DNA of 64,000 nucleotides from positions 1 through 64,000 of the forward strand of contig CAWBKP010000004.1 of the NCBI GenBank assembly GCA_963789395.1, given 5' to 3'. Below, piece by piece: positions 31,008 to 43,621 of the stretch (its first letter is position 1; each line of letters begins with the position of its first letter). The stretch is from an uncultured delta proteobacterium (GTDB taxonomy: Bacteria > Desulfobacterota > Desulfobacteria > Desulfobacterales > Desulfatirhabdiaceae). Below the pieces are notes generated by a model, which saw nothing but the letters and a program-made list of their open reading frames with translations, searched no databases and had not been told where the DNA came from. The position numbers and the translations under genes were made by a program.

Positions 31008-33264
31008 AACTGTTATACAGTATTCCCCCGTTTTTATCGTTATGCTGTTTTGTCTTTCTGGGCTACCTGTCTGTTACGCGCGGCCGAAAAAACCGGATCA
31101 ACCGCCTCTTTACCGTGATCTGCATCCTTGGCACCTTTCTCTACATCGACATTCTGGTGATTTTCAACTGCAAATCCCCTGCAAACAGCCCTTTTTGTCA
31201 GCCGGCTGGATCACTTCTTCATCATTTATTTCATCCCCCTTTATATCCATTTTTTTCATGCATACCTGAAAATTCCCGGCCGTATCTGGCTGATCCGCTC
31301 AGCCTATCTTTTTGCCTTTATTCTGATGTGCTTTACCCCCACGCCCTGGTTCATCGCCGATATGCAGCGGCACGCTTTCGGCTATTTCGGCAGAGGCGGC
31401 CCCCTGTACGTTCTGGTGGGAATCGGCTCTGCCTGTGCAACCGCCTATGTGTTGATGCTGATTCGCCGGGCCATTTTGCTGGAGACCCAAAGCATTCTGA
31501 AAAACAGGCTGAAATATGTTTTTTGCGGATTCGGCATTCTCGGCCTTCTGATCGGCATGAACACGCTGCCGCTGCTGGGATATGCGGTATATCCGCTGGG
31601 GAATTTCAGTTTTATCCCCCTGTCCTTTTTTGCCGTGGGGCTTTTTCGCTACGATCTGCTGGATATGGGAATACTGATTCGAAAAAGCGTGATTTATTCA
31701 CTGCTGACCATCACGCTCACCCTGCTGTACGCCCTGATCGTGACGGGAATCAACATGACCGTTACGGACATTAGGGCTTCGGACTCGGCTATATTTCCCG
31801 TTGTTTTTCTTTATTGTGGTGTCGGTTGATTTTTGGCCCGGTAAAAACACGGATACAGATCCTGGTTGACCGGTATTTCTTCAAGGGCAGATATAATTAC
31901 AGACAAACCATCAAGCAGTTGAGTCAGACCATTTCCGCCGTACTGGATCTCAGGCAGATCGCCGCCTGCTGGTTGAAACGATTTCCAGCTCCATGCAGGT
32001 CAGTCACTGCTGCATGTATTTATCGGATGGATTCCAAGACGCCGACATACGTGCGGTGCCGGATCAACGGCGATCCGTATCTGCCGCCGGATATCATTTC
32101 CGGGGATTCCCCCCTGGTGATCCGGATGAAAGACCGCCTCCAGCCCCTTCTGAAAGATCCGCTGATGAAACAATCCGAGGATGCATTTTCCCGTCAGGTA
32201 TATGCGGAGCTGGAAAGCATCCGGGCCGCCGTGGTCTTTCCCATGATATTTGAAAATACCCTGAACGGATTTCTGACGATCGGGGATAAAAAATCCGGAG
32301 ACCTTTTTCTGGCCGAAGACATGGACCTGCTGGAAACCCTGGCCAACCAGAGTTCCCTATCCATCGAAAACGCCCGATCCTACCAGAAAATTGAAGATCT
32401 GAACAAACATCTCGAGGAAAAAGTGGCGGCACGGACCATCGAACTTCAAACCGCGCTCATTGAAAAAGAAAAAGCAATGGAATCGTTGATCCGGTCCGAG
32501 AGCCTGGCTGCCATCGGCACCCTTGTCGCCGGCACGGCCCATGAATTGAACAACCCCCTTGCCAGCGCCATGAGCCTGATCCAGTCAACCCTTGAAGATC
32601 TTTCCGCACGAACCGACATGCACCGTTGAATCCAGCAATTCAGGACGATCTGGAATTCGCCGGAAAGGAACTGGCCAGGGCAAAGGCCATTGTCAGCAGC
32701 CTGCTGGGACTGTCCCGGCAGACGCAAACATATACCGAAGCCATCGATCTGAACGCCGTTGTAAAGGATGCGCTGCAGGTGCTGAGAAATCTTTACAAAA
32801 ACCGGAAAATCGAAATCAGCGAGCAGTATGCCGAGGACCTGCCCCTTGTTACCGGGAATTTTGCAGGCCTGGGCCAGGTCGTTTTGAATATCATTCAAAA
32901 CGCCATTCAGGCAACTGCGCCGTCTTCCGGAACCATTTTTCTGAAAACCGATGTTGACAGAGACCATCATCAGGTTATCTTTGAGTGTGAAGATTCCGGA
33001 CCCGGCATTCCCGATGCCATCCGTCAGGATATTTTCAAGCCTTTTTTCACCACAAAAGCGGTCGGCAAGGGAACCGGACTGGGGCTTTATATCTGTCACG
33101 ACATCGTGGAAAGACATGGCGGCACCCTCACCCTTGAAAAATCTCATGGGAAAGGCGCGCGGTTTGTGGTAAAATTACCGATTGAGATCATAGACCGATG
33201 GCCAGAAAGACGGAAAGCCTTTTTTGGAGAGTTGATATGCCGATTTATGAATTTAAATGTTTAA
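31004..33264 (+). CDS. Membrane (7TM-type) GAF sensor histidine kinase (frameshifted)
   Basis: Multiple TM helices, KKSGDLF..EDMDLLETLANQ, AHELNNPL, FFTTKAVGKGTGLGL. Confidence 0.85.
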
Positions 33265-33477
33265 AATGCAATGAATGTTTCGAGATCCTCTTTACCAGCT
33301 CCCAGGATACCGCCGAGCTGAAATGCGCCAAATGCGACAGCCAGGAAGTTGAGCGCGTTCTGAGCAGTACGAATTTCTCCGTAAGCAGCGGCAGCGGCGG
33401 CTACGGGCGCCTCCGCCCAGACCCGCAGCTGTTCCAGCGGTTCCTGCTCAACATTTGACATTCCCGGCCCCAGGTAA
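33237..33477 (+). CDS. FmdB-family zinc-ribbon protein
   Basis: MPIYEFKCLKCNECFE...CAKCDSQEVERVLS. Confidence 0.85.
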
Positions 33478-33553
33478 TCCGAATCCATTCTCGCATTGAC
33501 AGCATTTCGTTTGATTCTTATTTTAGCAGGATTAACTCAGGGGAAAAGTTGAA

Positions 33554-34246
33554 ATGGTACAGCTTCACCGTCAGGAAAAGGAACAATTCAAAAAGCTCTT
33601 TAAACAGGAAGCCGTGGATCATTTTGATGACCGGCTGAAAGTGCTTGAGATCTTTTTGAATTCCGAACATCATGTGACGGTTGGAGAGCTGGTTTCCCTG
33701 ATCGAACAAAACGGGCACGCCTTGTCCCCCGACTTTGTTCTGGAGACGCTCAAACTGATGTGCCGGTTCGGATTTGCGCAAAAAAACCGGTTTGAAGACG
33801 GTCATATCCGATATGAACACATGCATCTGGGCCAGCACCATGATCACATGATCTGTACCCGGTGCAATGCCATCGTTGAATTTCAGAATGAAGAACTGGA
33901 AGTTCTCCAGTTGAAAATCGCCTCTGAATTCGGATTTCATACCCTTCAGCACAAAATGGAACTGTACGGCATCTGCGCCGGGTGCATGAAGGATCACGCC
34001 CGATTGATGTCCTTGACACTGGCCAAACAGGGAGAGCGGGTAAAGGTGAAGGAATTTACCGGCGGCTCCGAATCGCGAATGCGCCTGCTGTCCATGGGGC
34101 TGAGAATCGGCGACGAGGTGCAGGTGATCACCAATCTTGGCAAAGGACAGATGGCCATTGCGGTTGATTTTAAACGGTTTGTTATCGGACGCGGCCTGGC
34201 GCAGAAAATCATGGTGCTTCCGATTCAAGAGGAGAAAGCCTGCTGA
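33554..34246 (+). CDS. Fur-family regulator fused to a C-terminal FeoA domain
   Basis: HHDHMICTRC...YGICAGC followed in frame by GERVKV...RLLSMGLRIGDEV...IGRGLAQKI. Confidence 0.88.
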   Translation: MVQLHRQEKEQFKKLFKQEAVDHFDDRLKVLEIFLNSEHHVTVGELVSLIEQNGHALSPDFVLETLKLMCRFGFAQKNRFEDGHIRYEHMHLGQHHDHMICTRCNAIVEFQNEELEVLQLKIASEFGFHTLQHKMELYGICAGCMKDHARLMSLTLAKQGERVKVKEFTGGSESRMRLLSMGLRIGDEVQVITNLGKGQMAIAVDFKRFVIGRGLAQKIMVLPIQEEKAC

Positions 34247-34255
34247 CAGGCAATT

Positions 34256-34535
34256 ATGCTGCTGAGTGAAATCAAGGAAGGACAGACCGCCAGGATTCGT
34301 TCGCGTGGGCGGAAGCGGCGCCCTTCGAAGGCGCATCTTTGAAATGGGTATCGTCAAAGGCACGAAGGTGTACGTGGATAAATACGCCCCGCTCAAAGAT
34401 CCCCTTGAAATCATCGTCATGGGATACCACCTGTCGCTTCGTGTTGAAGAAGCCTCCCAGGTCACCGTGGAACCCGTGCAGACAGATGACAGGCAGCAGA
34501 CGCCGGATAACCGCCAGCTGCCATCCGCTGCTTAG
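34256..34535 (+). CDS. feoA: Ferrous iron transport protein A (frameshift near start)
   Basis: [14 protein letters not shown]...[16 protein letters not shown]. Confidence 0.88.
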
Positions 34536-34546
34536 GAACGCCCAGC

Positions 34547-36740
34547 ATGAGCCCCCGAACCCTGACCATCGCCCTTGCCGGCAATCCCAATTCCGGAAAG
34601 ACGACGATTTTCAATAACCTGACCGGCGCCCACCAGAAAGTGGGAAACTGGTCCGGCGTGACGGTTGAAAAAAAAGAAGGCGTCATCCACCGCCACGGGT
34701 ATGAGCTTAAAATCATCGATCTTCCCGGAACCTACAGCCTGACGCCATTTTCCATCGAAGAAATTGTCGCCAGAAATTTTATCCTGGAAGAACATCCGGA
34801 TGTGGTCATTGACATTATCGATGCCTCCAACCTGGAGCGCAGCCTGTATCTGGCCACCCAGCTCCGGGAAATCGACTGCAAGGTTCTGTTTGCCCTGAAC
34901 ATGGCCGACATGGCCCAGTCCAGGGGCATCAAAATCCATACCGAAACGCTTTCCGATCTGCTGGATGTCCCGATCGTCTTTACGGTCGGCAACAAAAACG
35001 AGGGCATGGATGCGCTTTTGAAAAAAGCCATTGAACTGGCTGAAAAAACGCATCACATTCCCGAGGGTCGAAAGGTCAGATACAGCCAGGACATTGAATA
35101 CGCCATTTCCGGGCTTCAGGCTTTTCTGCAGAAAGGCATTTCCGGCGCGCTTCCCTACAACGACCGGTGGACGGCCATCAAACTCATCGAGGACGACAAG
35201 ATCGTCCGGGACCAGATGCTGACCCTTGCGGGAGATTCCCGCAAGGCGGTTCAGGATGAAATACAGGTTGCCCGGCAGTATATCATGGACCGGTTTGACG
35301 ATGATCCGGAGATTATCATGACCGATGAGCGCTACGGGTTCATCGCCGGCATTGTCAAGGAAACCGTTACCACCTCCGCCAGACAGCGGGTGGATATTTC
35401 CCGGAATATCGATCGGGTGCTGACCAACCGGTTTGTCGGGTTTCCGATCTTTGTCTTTTTTATCTGGGCCATGTTTCAGCTGACGTTTACGGTCGGCGAA
35501 ATCCCCAAAGCCTGGATTCAAAGCGCCGTCAACGGGCTGTCCTCTGTTCTGGAACTCCATCTTTCCGATTCCCTGTTCAAGGATCTGCTGCTGAACGGCG
35601 TTATCGCCGGCGTCGGGAGCGTGGTTGTTTTCCTTCCCAATATTCTGATCCTGTTTTTCTGCATCTCCCTGTTTGAAGACACCGGCTATATGGCCAGGAC
35701 CGCTTTTCTGATGGATAAAATCATGCACATGATCGGGCTGCACGGAAAATCCTTTATCCCGATGCTCATGGGGTTCGGGTGCAATGTCCCCGCCATCATG
35801 GCGACCCGGACCCTGGAAAGCGAAAAGGACCGCATTCTGACGATCCTGATCACCCCGTTCATGTCCTGCTCGGCCAGACTGCCCATCTATATCGTGCTGG
35901 CCGGCACGTTCTTTGCCGGCCGGGCCGGAACCGTCATCTTTTCCCTGTATCTGACGGGAATCGTTCTGTCCATCATTACGGGCCGCATGCTGCGCTCCAC
36001 GATTTTAAAAGGCATGGATGCCCCGTTTGTGATGGAACTGCCGCCCTACCGGGTGCCCATGGCCAGAAGCGTGATGATTCATATGTGGGAACGCAGCAAG
36101 ATGTTTCTGAAAAAAATGGGCAATATCATTTTGATCGGCTCTGTCATCATCTGGGCGCTCTCGGCGTTTCCCCGGAACATCCCCTACTCGAAAGATTATC
36201 CCGCGAAATTCAAAAACTCCAGCAGAAAGCGGCCGATGACATACAGGCAGCTCCGCCGATGATGCGGCCCGAATCGCCCTGGAAAAAGAAACGGCGGCTT
36301 CAATCGAGGCCATCAAGCGGGATCATGCAGGCTGAAAAAATCGAGAACTCCTATATGGGCCGCATCGGGAAAAATGATCGCGCCGGTTTTTTCACCGCTT
36401 GGCATCGACTGGCGGGGGAGCGTGGCGCTTCTTTCCGGTTTTGTGGCCAAGGAAATCGTTGTCAGCACGATGGGCATTCTCTATGCCGCCGAAGGCGACA
36501 ATGCACTCCGAGGCCCTTCGCACGGCGCTGTTGTCCTCGGGCATGACCCCGCTGTCCGCCATTTCCATGCTGGTATTTGTCTTGCTCTATTTGCCCTGTC
36601 TTGCTACGATGGCCGCCATTCGCAGAGAGCTGCGATCCTGGAAATGGATGCTGTTCAGTATCGGATACAGCACATCTCTTGCCTGGGTCATGGCCTTTCT
36701 GGTCTTTCAGGGGGGAAAACTGCTGCGTCTTGGCGTGTGA
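34547..36740 (+). CDS. feoB: Ferrous iron transport protein B (frameshifted C-terminus)
   Basis: [56 protein letters not shown]. Confidence 0.95.
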
Positions 36741-36748
36741 GGACTGCT

Positions 36749-37193
36749 ATGAAAATCAAATCCCTGTGGTTTTGCGGCGTTTTTGTTTTTCTGTTTCTCT
36801 TCGTGCGGGGCGGCTCAGGCCGGACAGCGCATTTCGGTTTCCGCGGCCGAGGCCAATATTCGATCCGGCGCGGGCAATAATTTTGACGTGCTCTGGAAAT
36901 CCGAGAAATACTATCCTTTCAGCGTTATCAAAAAAGTCGGGGACTGGTATCAGGTAAAGGATTTTCAGGGGGATGAAGGATGGGTGCATCAATCCCTGGT
37001 CGGCAATACGCCCTCGGTCATCACGGCAAAGGATAAAAACGTGCTTCGCTCCGAACCCAAGCCGGACGCCAAAGTCCTGTTTTCCGTCGGGCCGGGCATT
37101 CCCTTTAAAGTCGTCAAACGCAACGGCAAATGGATTCTGGTCGAACATGCGGATGGCGACAAGGGATGGATTCACGAATCCACGGTATGGTAA
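36749..37193 (+). CDS. Exported tandem SH3-domain protein
   Basis: Signal peptide, ANIRSGAG, WYQVKDFQGDEGWVH, WILVEHADGDKGWIH. Confidence 0.85.
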
Positions 37194-37209
37194 CGATAAG
37201 GAAAATCAT

Positions 37210-38182
37210 ATGAAAAATGTAATTGTCGGCATCGGTTCCGCCCTGGTGGATATCCTCGCCCATGAAACAGAGGCGTTTCTGCACAAATCCGGAGCCGTCA
37301 AGGGGGGCATGACGCTGGTTGACAATGCGATTATCGAAAGCGTTCTCTCGGGCCTGCAAGCCTCTCCCAGCGTTGTTCCGGGCGGATCTGCCTGCAATAC
37401 GATGATCGGCATCGCCAGGCTTGGCGGGGCTTCGCGGTTTGTCGGAAAACGGGGGGCCGGGCCAATGGGCGCTTTTTTTGAAACCGGCCTGGTTGAAAAC
37501 GGGGTGGAGCCCCATTTGCTGCATTCCCCTTCCCGCACCGGCAGGGTGCTTTCCATCATCACGCCGGATGCCCAGCGGTCCATGCTGACGTATCTTGGCG
37601 CTTCTTCGGAAATTCAGCCCGAAGAAATCGCCGACGCCCATTTTGAAGGCGCGGCCGTGGTTCATATCGAAGGCTATCTGCTGTTTAATCCGGCGCTGAT
37701 CCTGCAGTCCCTGTCGCTGGCAAAAAGATCCGGGCGCACGGATATCGCTGGATCTTTCCAGCTTTACGGTTGTTGAATCCAACAAGGTCCTGCTGGATCA
37801 GATCGTGGATGAATTTGTCGATATTCTGATCGCCAACGAAGACGAGGCCCGGGCGTTTACGGGCCATGCCGACGAAAGCCGCATGATCGAAAGCCTTTCC
37901 TCACGGGCCGAGATTGCCGTTCTGAAGGTCGGCAGCCGCGGCAGCTATATTTCACAGCAGGGAAAGACGCATCGGGTCGAGCCTGTCGGAGACGGCAGCG
38001 CCGTCGACACCACCGGCGCCGGCGATTTGTGGGCGTCCGGATTCCTGTTTGGCCTGGTCAACGGGTATTCTTTGGAAAAATGCGGCAAACTGGCCTCGGC
38101 CTGTGGATATGAAGTCTGCCAGGTCATTGGCGCCGGCATCCCGCATGACGGGTGGGAACGCATTCGAAAGCTTCTGGACTAA
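37210..38182 (+). CDS. PfkB-family sugar/adenosine kinase (frameshift ~37730)
   Basis: GIGSALVD, PGGSACNT, TPDAQRSM.TYLGA, DTTGAGD. Confidence 0.9.
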
Positions 38183-38235
38183 CTGATGGCTTTGTAAATC
38201 ACCGTTTCCGATTTCTGACTTTTTTTGGAGGTATC

Positions 38236-38920
38236 ATGGCACAAAAACTGACCCGCAAACAGCTTTTTAAAGAGCCTGATGAATTCATCACGTTTTCCGG
38301 AAAACTGATTCAATGGCTCACCACCTATAAACAGCAGGCTACCCTTGCCGCCGGTGTCGTGGTTGCGCTTCTTGTTGCAACAGCAGGCTTTCAGGCCTAT
38401 TTACACCATGCCGAAAACAAGGCGTCCGAACTCCTGACCGAGAGCCTGGCCCAGTACCAGACGGCCATGAAAGCCAATGATCCGGTAAAGGCGTATCAGG
38501 CCGTTGAAAAATCGTTTACCCGGATTCTGGATGACTATTCCGCAAGACGCATGGGAAAGATCGCCGGAATCGAATTTGCCAATATCTGCTTTCGGGCCGG
38601 CGAATTTGACAAGGCAATCTCCCTGTACAAAACCGCCCTGGATGATTTCAGCAACGCCCCGTTTTACAAAAATCTCATTTTGAGCAGCCTGGGGTATGCC
38701 TTTGACGGGAAAAAAGACTATGAATCCGCCGTCAAATATTTTGAAATGCTGACCACATCCGACTGACGCCTCCCTGAAAGATCTCAGCCTTTACAATCTG
38801 GCTTCCGTATATGAAAAAATGGGGAACAAGGAAAAAAGCAAGGCAACGTTTGCGCGGATTGCAGCGGAATTTCCCAACTCCATCTATTTTGAAATCGCCA
38901 AAGAAAAAAGCCTTGGCTGA
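38236..38920 (+). CDS. Membrane-anchored TPR protein (YfgM-like)
   Basis: RKQLFKEPDEFIT, a single TM helix and TPR helices; frameshift ~38760. Confidence 0.75.
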
Positions 38921-39061
38921 TCCGCCCGCCTTCTTCCGCACCTTGAGCCATGAAAGACCCGGAGCTGACAGACCGCAATGATCCTTGTAGATCGCCAGCG
39001 ATCCCCCTGGCGAGCCTGGCAAGGCCTTTTTGCAGCCTTGCAGTCATGGCCTGGAGAACAA

Positions 39062-41133
39062 ATGAAAATCGCCTATACGTATAATTTACAGTTGACCGAC
39101 AGCGAAGAGGATGCCGCGTTTGACAGGCCGGAAACCGTTGAAGCGATCGCCGGAGCGCTGAAGGCCCTGGGCCATCAGGTGGAACGGGTCGAGGTTTCGG
39201 GGCCGGCATCCCGGCTGGTGGCAAGGCTTGAGGCCCTGAATCCGGACCTGATCTTTAATACGGCGGCCGGAAAGGGCGGGGAAAAGCCGTGAGGCATTTT
39301 ATCCGGGGCTGTTTGAGCAGCTCGGAATGCCGTATACCGGATCCGATGCCTATGTGTGCACCCTGACCACGGACAAACGCCTGACCAAAATGCTGGTTGC
39401 GGCCAGCGGCGTGCCCACGCCCCGATGGGTGTTTGTGGAAAGCGTCCACAACTGGGTCCAGCCGGATCTGACCTATCCGGTGATAGTCAAACCCAATTAT
39501 GAAGGCAGCTCCAAGGGCATTGACCAGCAGTCCATCGTGGAGGCGCCGGATCAGCTTCTCAAACAGGTGACGGGACTGTTGATCCGATATCCCGCCGGGG
39601 TTCTGATCGAGGAGTTTATTGAGGGCAAGGATGTGATTGTCCCCTTTCTGGAAAAAGCGTCCCGAAAAACCGGGGGAATCCTTCCGCCCGGTGAATACCG
39701 CTTTGACCCTTCGGTGGTTTCAGGACCACAAGCATGTCATTTATGATTACAGCCTTCAGCAATTGCCGGATGCCGTTACCGTCAAGGTGCCGGCGGTGCT
39801 TTCCCCCAAAACCGCAAAACACCTCCTGCGCCTGTCCCAGACCATTTGCAAGGTCCTGGACATTCGCGACCTGGCCCGGCTGGATTACCGGCTGACCGCC
39901 AGAGGGCCGGGTGTATTTTATTGAGGCCAACGCCCTTCCCAGCCTGGAGCCCGGCGCCACGGTCCATGCTTCCGCCGCGCTTGCCGGTCTTGGCTCCATG
40001 GAAGCGGTTCTGGATGCGGTGATAAAGAGCGCCGTGGAGCGTTACGGCATTCAGATGTCCGTGCGCTCCCGAAACCGGCGAAAGGCACTGAAAGTTGGAT
40101 TTACGTTCAACCTGAAGCGCATCAAGCCCCTGGATTCAAATGATGATGACAGAGAGGCGGAATTTGACAGCCGGGCCACGATCGATTCCATCATCGGCGC
40201 CATTGCCTCCCACGGCCATGAGGTGGTGGAAATTGAGGCCACGCCGGAGCTGCCGTCCATCATCGGTTCCATGCCCCTGGATATTGTCTTTAACATTGCC
40301 GAAGGCATTCATGGCCGAAACCGGGAATCCCAGGTGCCGGCCATCCTGGAGCTTCTGAATATTCCCTACGTGGGATCTGATCCGGCTGCCCTGTCCATCT
40401 GCCTGGACAAGGTTCTGGCAAAAAAAATGGTGCGCCAGGCCGGCATCCATACGGCCGATTTTATCGTCATGCGTACGGGAAAGGAGCGGCTTCCCAGAAA
40501 CCTTCATTTTCCGGTGATCATCAAACCCATTGCCGAAGGCAGTTCCAAAGGGGTCATGGGAATGAACGTGGTGCAGGATGAGGCGGATCTCAGGCGGCTT
40601 TCCCGTGAACTGCTTTCAAAATATCACCAGCCGGTTCTGGTTGAAGAATATCTTTCCGGAAGGGAATTCACCGTCGGGCTGCTTGGGCGAAAACCGGCCC
40701 AAGGTGCTGCCGCCGATGGAAATTCTCTTTAACAACAAGGAAGACCGGTTTCCGGTCTATGCGTTCGAGCACAAGCTGGACACCAACGAATCCATATCTT
40801 ATCAGGCGCCGGCGAATATCGACCGGTCGCTTCAAAAAAACCTGGAGCATGTTGCCAGGTGCGCATTCACGGCCCTGGGCTGCCGGGATGTGGCGCGGGT
40901 GGATCTGCAGGCTGGACAGAAGCGAGCGTATCCATTTTATCGAATGCAATCCGCTGCCGGGGCTGACCCCCGGATGGTCGGATTTGTGCATTATCGGCGA
41001 GGCGGCCGGAATGGATTACCGGACCCTCATCGGCGAAATCATGGCGCCGGCGATCCGGCGCATGAAGGTCAAAGGAAAAAGCCTGAAGGATTTAATATTG
41101 ACATTTCAGGGGAACTTCAGGTCAAAATTATAA
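39062..41133 (+). CDS. Fused tandem D-Ala-D-Ala-ligase-like ATP-grasp protein (frameshifted)
   Basis: Two copies of (Y/F)NL...E..FD..T, YTGSD/YVGSD, KP..EGSSKG, EE(F/Y)..G, IE.N.LP.L. Confidence 0.82.
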
Positions 41134-41286
41134 CAGATTTAACGGAAACCTGAGGGTATGATAAACGTCACTCAGCGCGGGAAGCATTGATCAGGCGTAT
41201 TTCGTGAACAGACGGCTTTTATCTTTTGTCGTGGATCGGATCGATCACAGGTGTATGAAGGACAATTTAATTTTTGGAGGAATTGA

Positions 41287-42050
41287 ATGAAAAAATCAAT
41301 ATTTAAAGGTCTTATAATTCTGGCATTGGCCGGTATGGTGTTCAGCCGGCATGGCCGCAGCCGAGGAAAAAACCTATATTAACGGCATAGACGCCAATTA
41401 TCCGCCGTTCAGCTTTATTGACAGCAAAGGCGAACCCGATGGGTTTGATATAAAGGCCATTAACTGGATCGCCAAGGAAATGGGCTTCAAGGTCAAACAC
41501 CAGCCAACGCAGTGGGAATCCATCATTCCCAGCCTGAAAGCCGGTAAAATAGACTTGATCGCATCCGGAATGAGCGTTGACGAACCGCGTAAACAGCAGG
41601 TCAATTTCTCCACATGTTATTATAAAACCGTGATGATTCTGGTTGCCAAAAAAGACAATCCCATCATGCCGGACAAGACCATGGAACCGGACATGAAATG
41701 GGGCGTCCAGCGCGGCACTTCGGAAGCCAATTGGATTCAAGACAAGCTGATAGAAGATAAGGAAAAGAAATTCAAGCTTCATGCAGTACGATTCCGCGCC
41801 CCTGGCCATGGAGGATGTCCTGAACGGCCGCATTGACGTTGCCGCGGTGTCTCAGTCATCCGCCGAAGAGTTCATGGAAAAAGGAATGGCCATAAAAATT
41901 CTCGGAAGCTATGGGCAGCCGGATGATGAAACCGCGTATGCCTGCCGAAAAGAAGACACCGAGCTCCTGAACAAATTGAACGAAGGACTCAAACGCCTGA
42001 TGGCCAGCGCAACCTGGAAGGAATTAAAGAAAAAATACGACGTCAGATAA
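41287..42050 (+). CDS. Polar amino-acid ABC transporter substrate-binding protein
   Basis: Signal peptide, DANYPPF, GFDI, WESIIPSLKAGKIDLIASGMS, GVQRGT. Confidence 0.9.
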
Positions 42051-42084
42051 TTCACGTTACAGGTTGCTTGAATCGCAGTCATTC

Positions 42085-42120
42085 AAGGCTTCGGGAGCAA
42101 TCCCGAAGCCTTCCCTTTTT
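42085..42120 (+). terminator. Stem-loop/partial terminator after the SBP gene
   Basis: AAGGCTTCGGGA-GCAA-TCCCGAAGCCTT perfect 12-bp stem followed by CCCTTTTT. Confidence 0.75.
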
Positions 42121-42184
42121 ATGGCGGCTGCTTTTGACCGCATTGAAACCCCTGACAATCCTCCATTTTTTTCTCCGGCTCCTT

Positions 42185-42857
42185 ATGACATCTAACGGCA
42201 TCACCGCAATTCAGGAAGGTTTTTTTTACCTTCTCAAAGGATCATGGATCAATCTGGCCGTGGTGGTCGGCGCCATGGGCTTTGGGTTTCTGCTGGGACT
42301 TCCCCTGGCGCTGGGCCAGGTTTATTCCGGAAAAACGACTGCGTGCAATGATCCATGTCTACGTGTGGTTTTTTCGCGGCATTCCCCTTCTGGTGTTTTT
42401 ATTTCTGTTTTATTTCGGCCTGGTTTCCTTTCTGGACATCAACCTTTCGGCGTTTTCAGTGGCGATTATCGTTCTGGGGCTCATCAGCGCCGCATATCAG
42501 TCCCAGATTCTGCGGGGCGCGATTCTCTCCATTCCGGACGGCCAGATGAAGGCGGCCCGGGCCCTGGGGATGAGCGATGCCAGGGCCGTCTTTCATGTGA
42601 TTCTGCCTCAGGCCCTTCGCATCTCCATTCCGGCCTGGTCCAATGAATATTCCATTCTGCTGAAGGATTCCGCGGTGACCTATGCGCTCGGCGTTTCGGA
42701 ACTCATGTCCCGCGCCAATCATGTGGCTTCCCGGACTTACCAGCATCTCCATCTTTACCTGCTGGCCGGTTTCATGTTCATGCTTCTGACCTACCTGGGA
42801 ACCCGGGGCCTGGCGGCACTGCAAAAGCGCCTGAAAATTCCCGGATATACGCACTAA
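42185..42857 (+). CDS. Amino-acid ABC transporter permease
   Basis: YVWFFRGIPLLV, SAAYQSQILRGAILSIPDGQMKAARALGMS, ILPQALR. Confidence 0.9.
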
Positions 42858-42867
42858 AGAAAGCCGC

Positions 42868-43620
42868 ATGGAACCCATTTTAGCAGATTGAAAATCTTTA
42901 CAAGCAATTCGGCGATCGTCCGGTTCTGAATGATGTCTCGCTGTCGATCAACGCCGGCGAAATCAAGGTGCTGATCGGCCCTTCGGGCGCCGGAAAAAGC
43001 ACCCTGCTTCAAAGCATCAATTACCTGGTCCCCCCGGACAGCGGCAGGATATTTCTGGAAGGCCGCCTGGTCAACGGCGGGGATAAAAAAGCCCTGTGCG
43101 GCTATCGCCAGCAGGTGGGAATGATTTTTCAGGATTTCAACCTCTTTGATCATTTGAGCGCGGTTTCCAATATTGAAATCGGTCTGATCCGGGTCAAGGG
43201 CCTTCCAAGACCGCCGCCAGACAGCGGGCCATGGCGGAGCTGGACCGGGTGGGGCTGACCTCTCACGCAAACCATTATCCGGCGGAGCTTTCCGGCGGCC
43301 AGAAACAGCGGGTTTCCATTGCCCGGGCCCTGGCCATGGACCCCAAAATCATGCTTCTGGATGAGCCCACGTCCGCGCTGGATCCGGAACTGATCGGCGA
43401 AGTGCTTTCCGTTATCGCAAAACTGGGCCAGGCCGGAATGACCATGATTCTGGCAACCCATCAGATTGCGTTTGCCAGAAACCTGGCAACGGAAATGATT
43501 TTCATGGAAGCCGGCAAAATCGTGGAACAGGGACCGCCGGATGTCATTTTAAACCATGCCTGCTGCGTGCGGACGCGCGAATTCTGTTCCAGCATCACGC
43601 GACCTGACCTGCGACAAGAT
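42868..43620 (+). CDS. Amino-acid ABC transporter ATPase
   Basis: GPSGAGKS, LSGGQKQR, LLDEPTSALDPE. Confidence 0.9.
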
Positions 43621-43621
43621 A

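Noticed and set aside
41150..41280. Riboswitch upstream of the amino-acid ABC operon
   Set aside because: Only a weak CTGAG/CTCAG stem and no recognisable aptamer consensus; an Rfam search would be needed.
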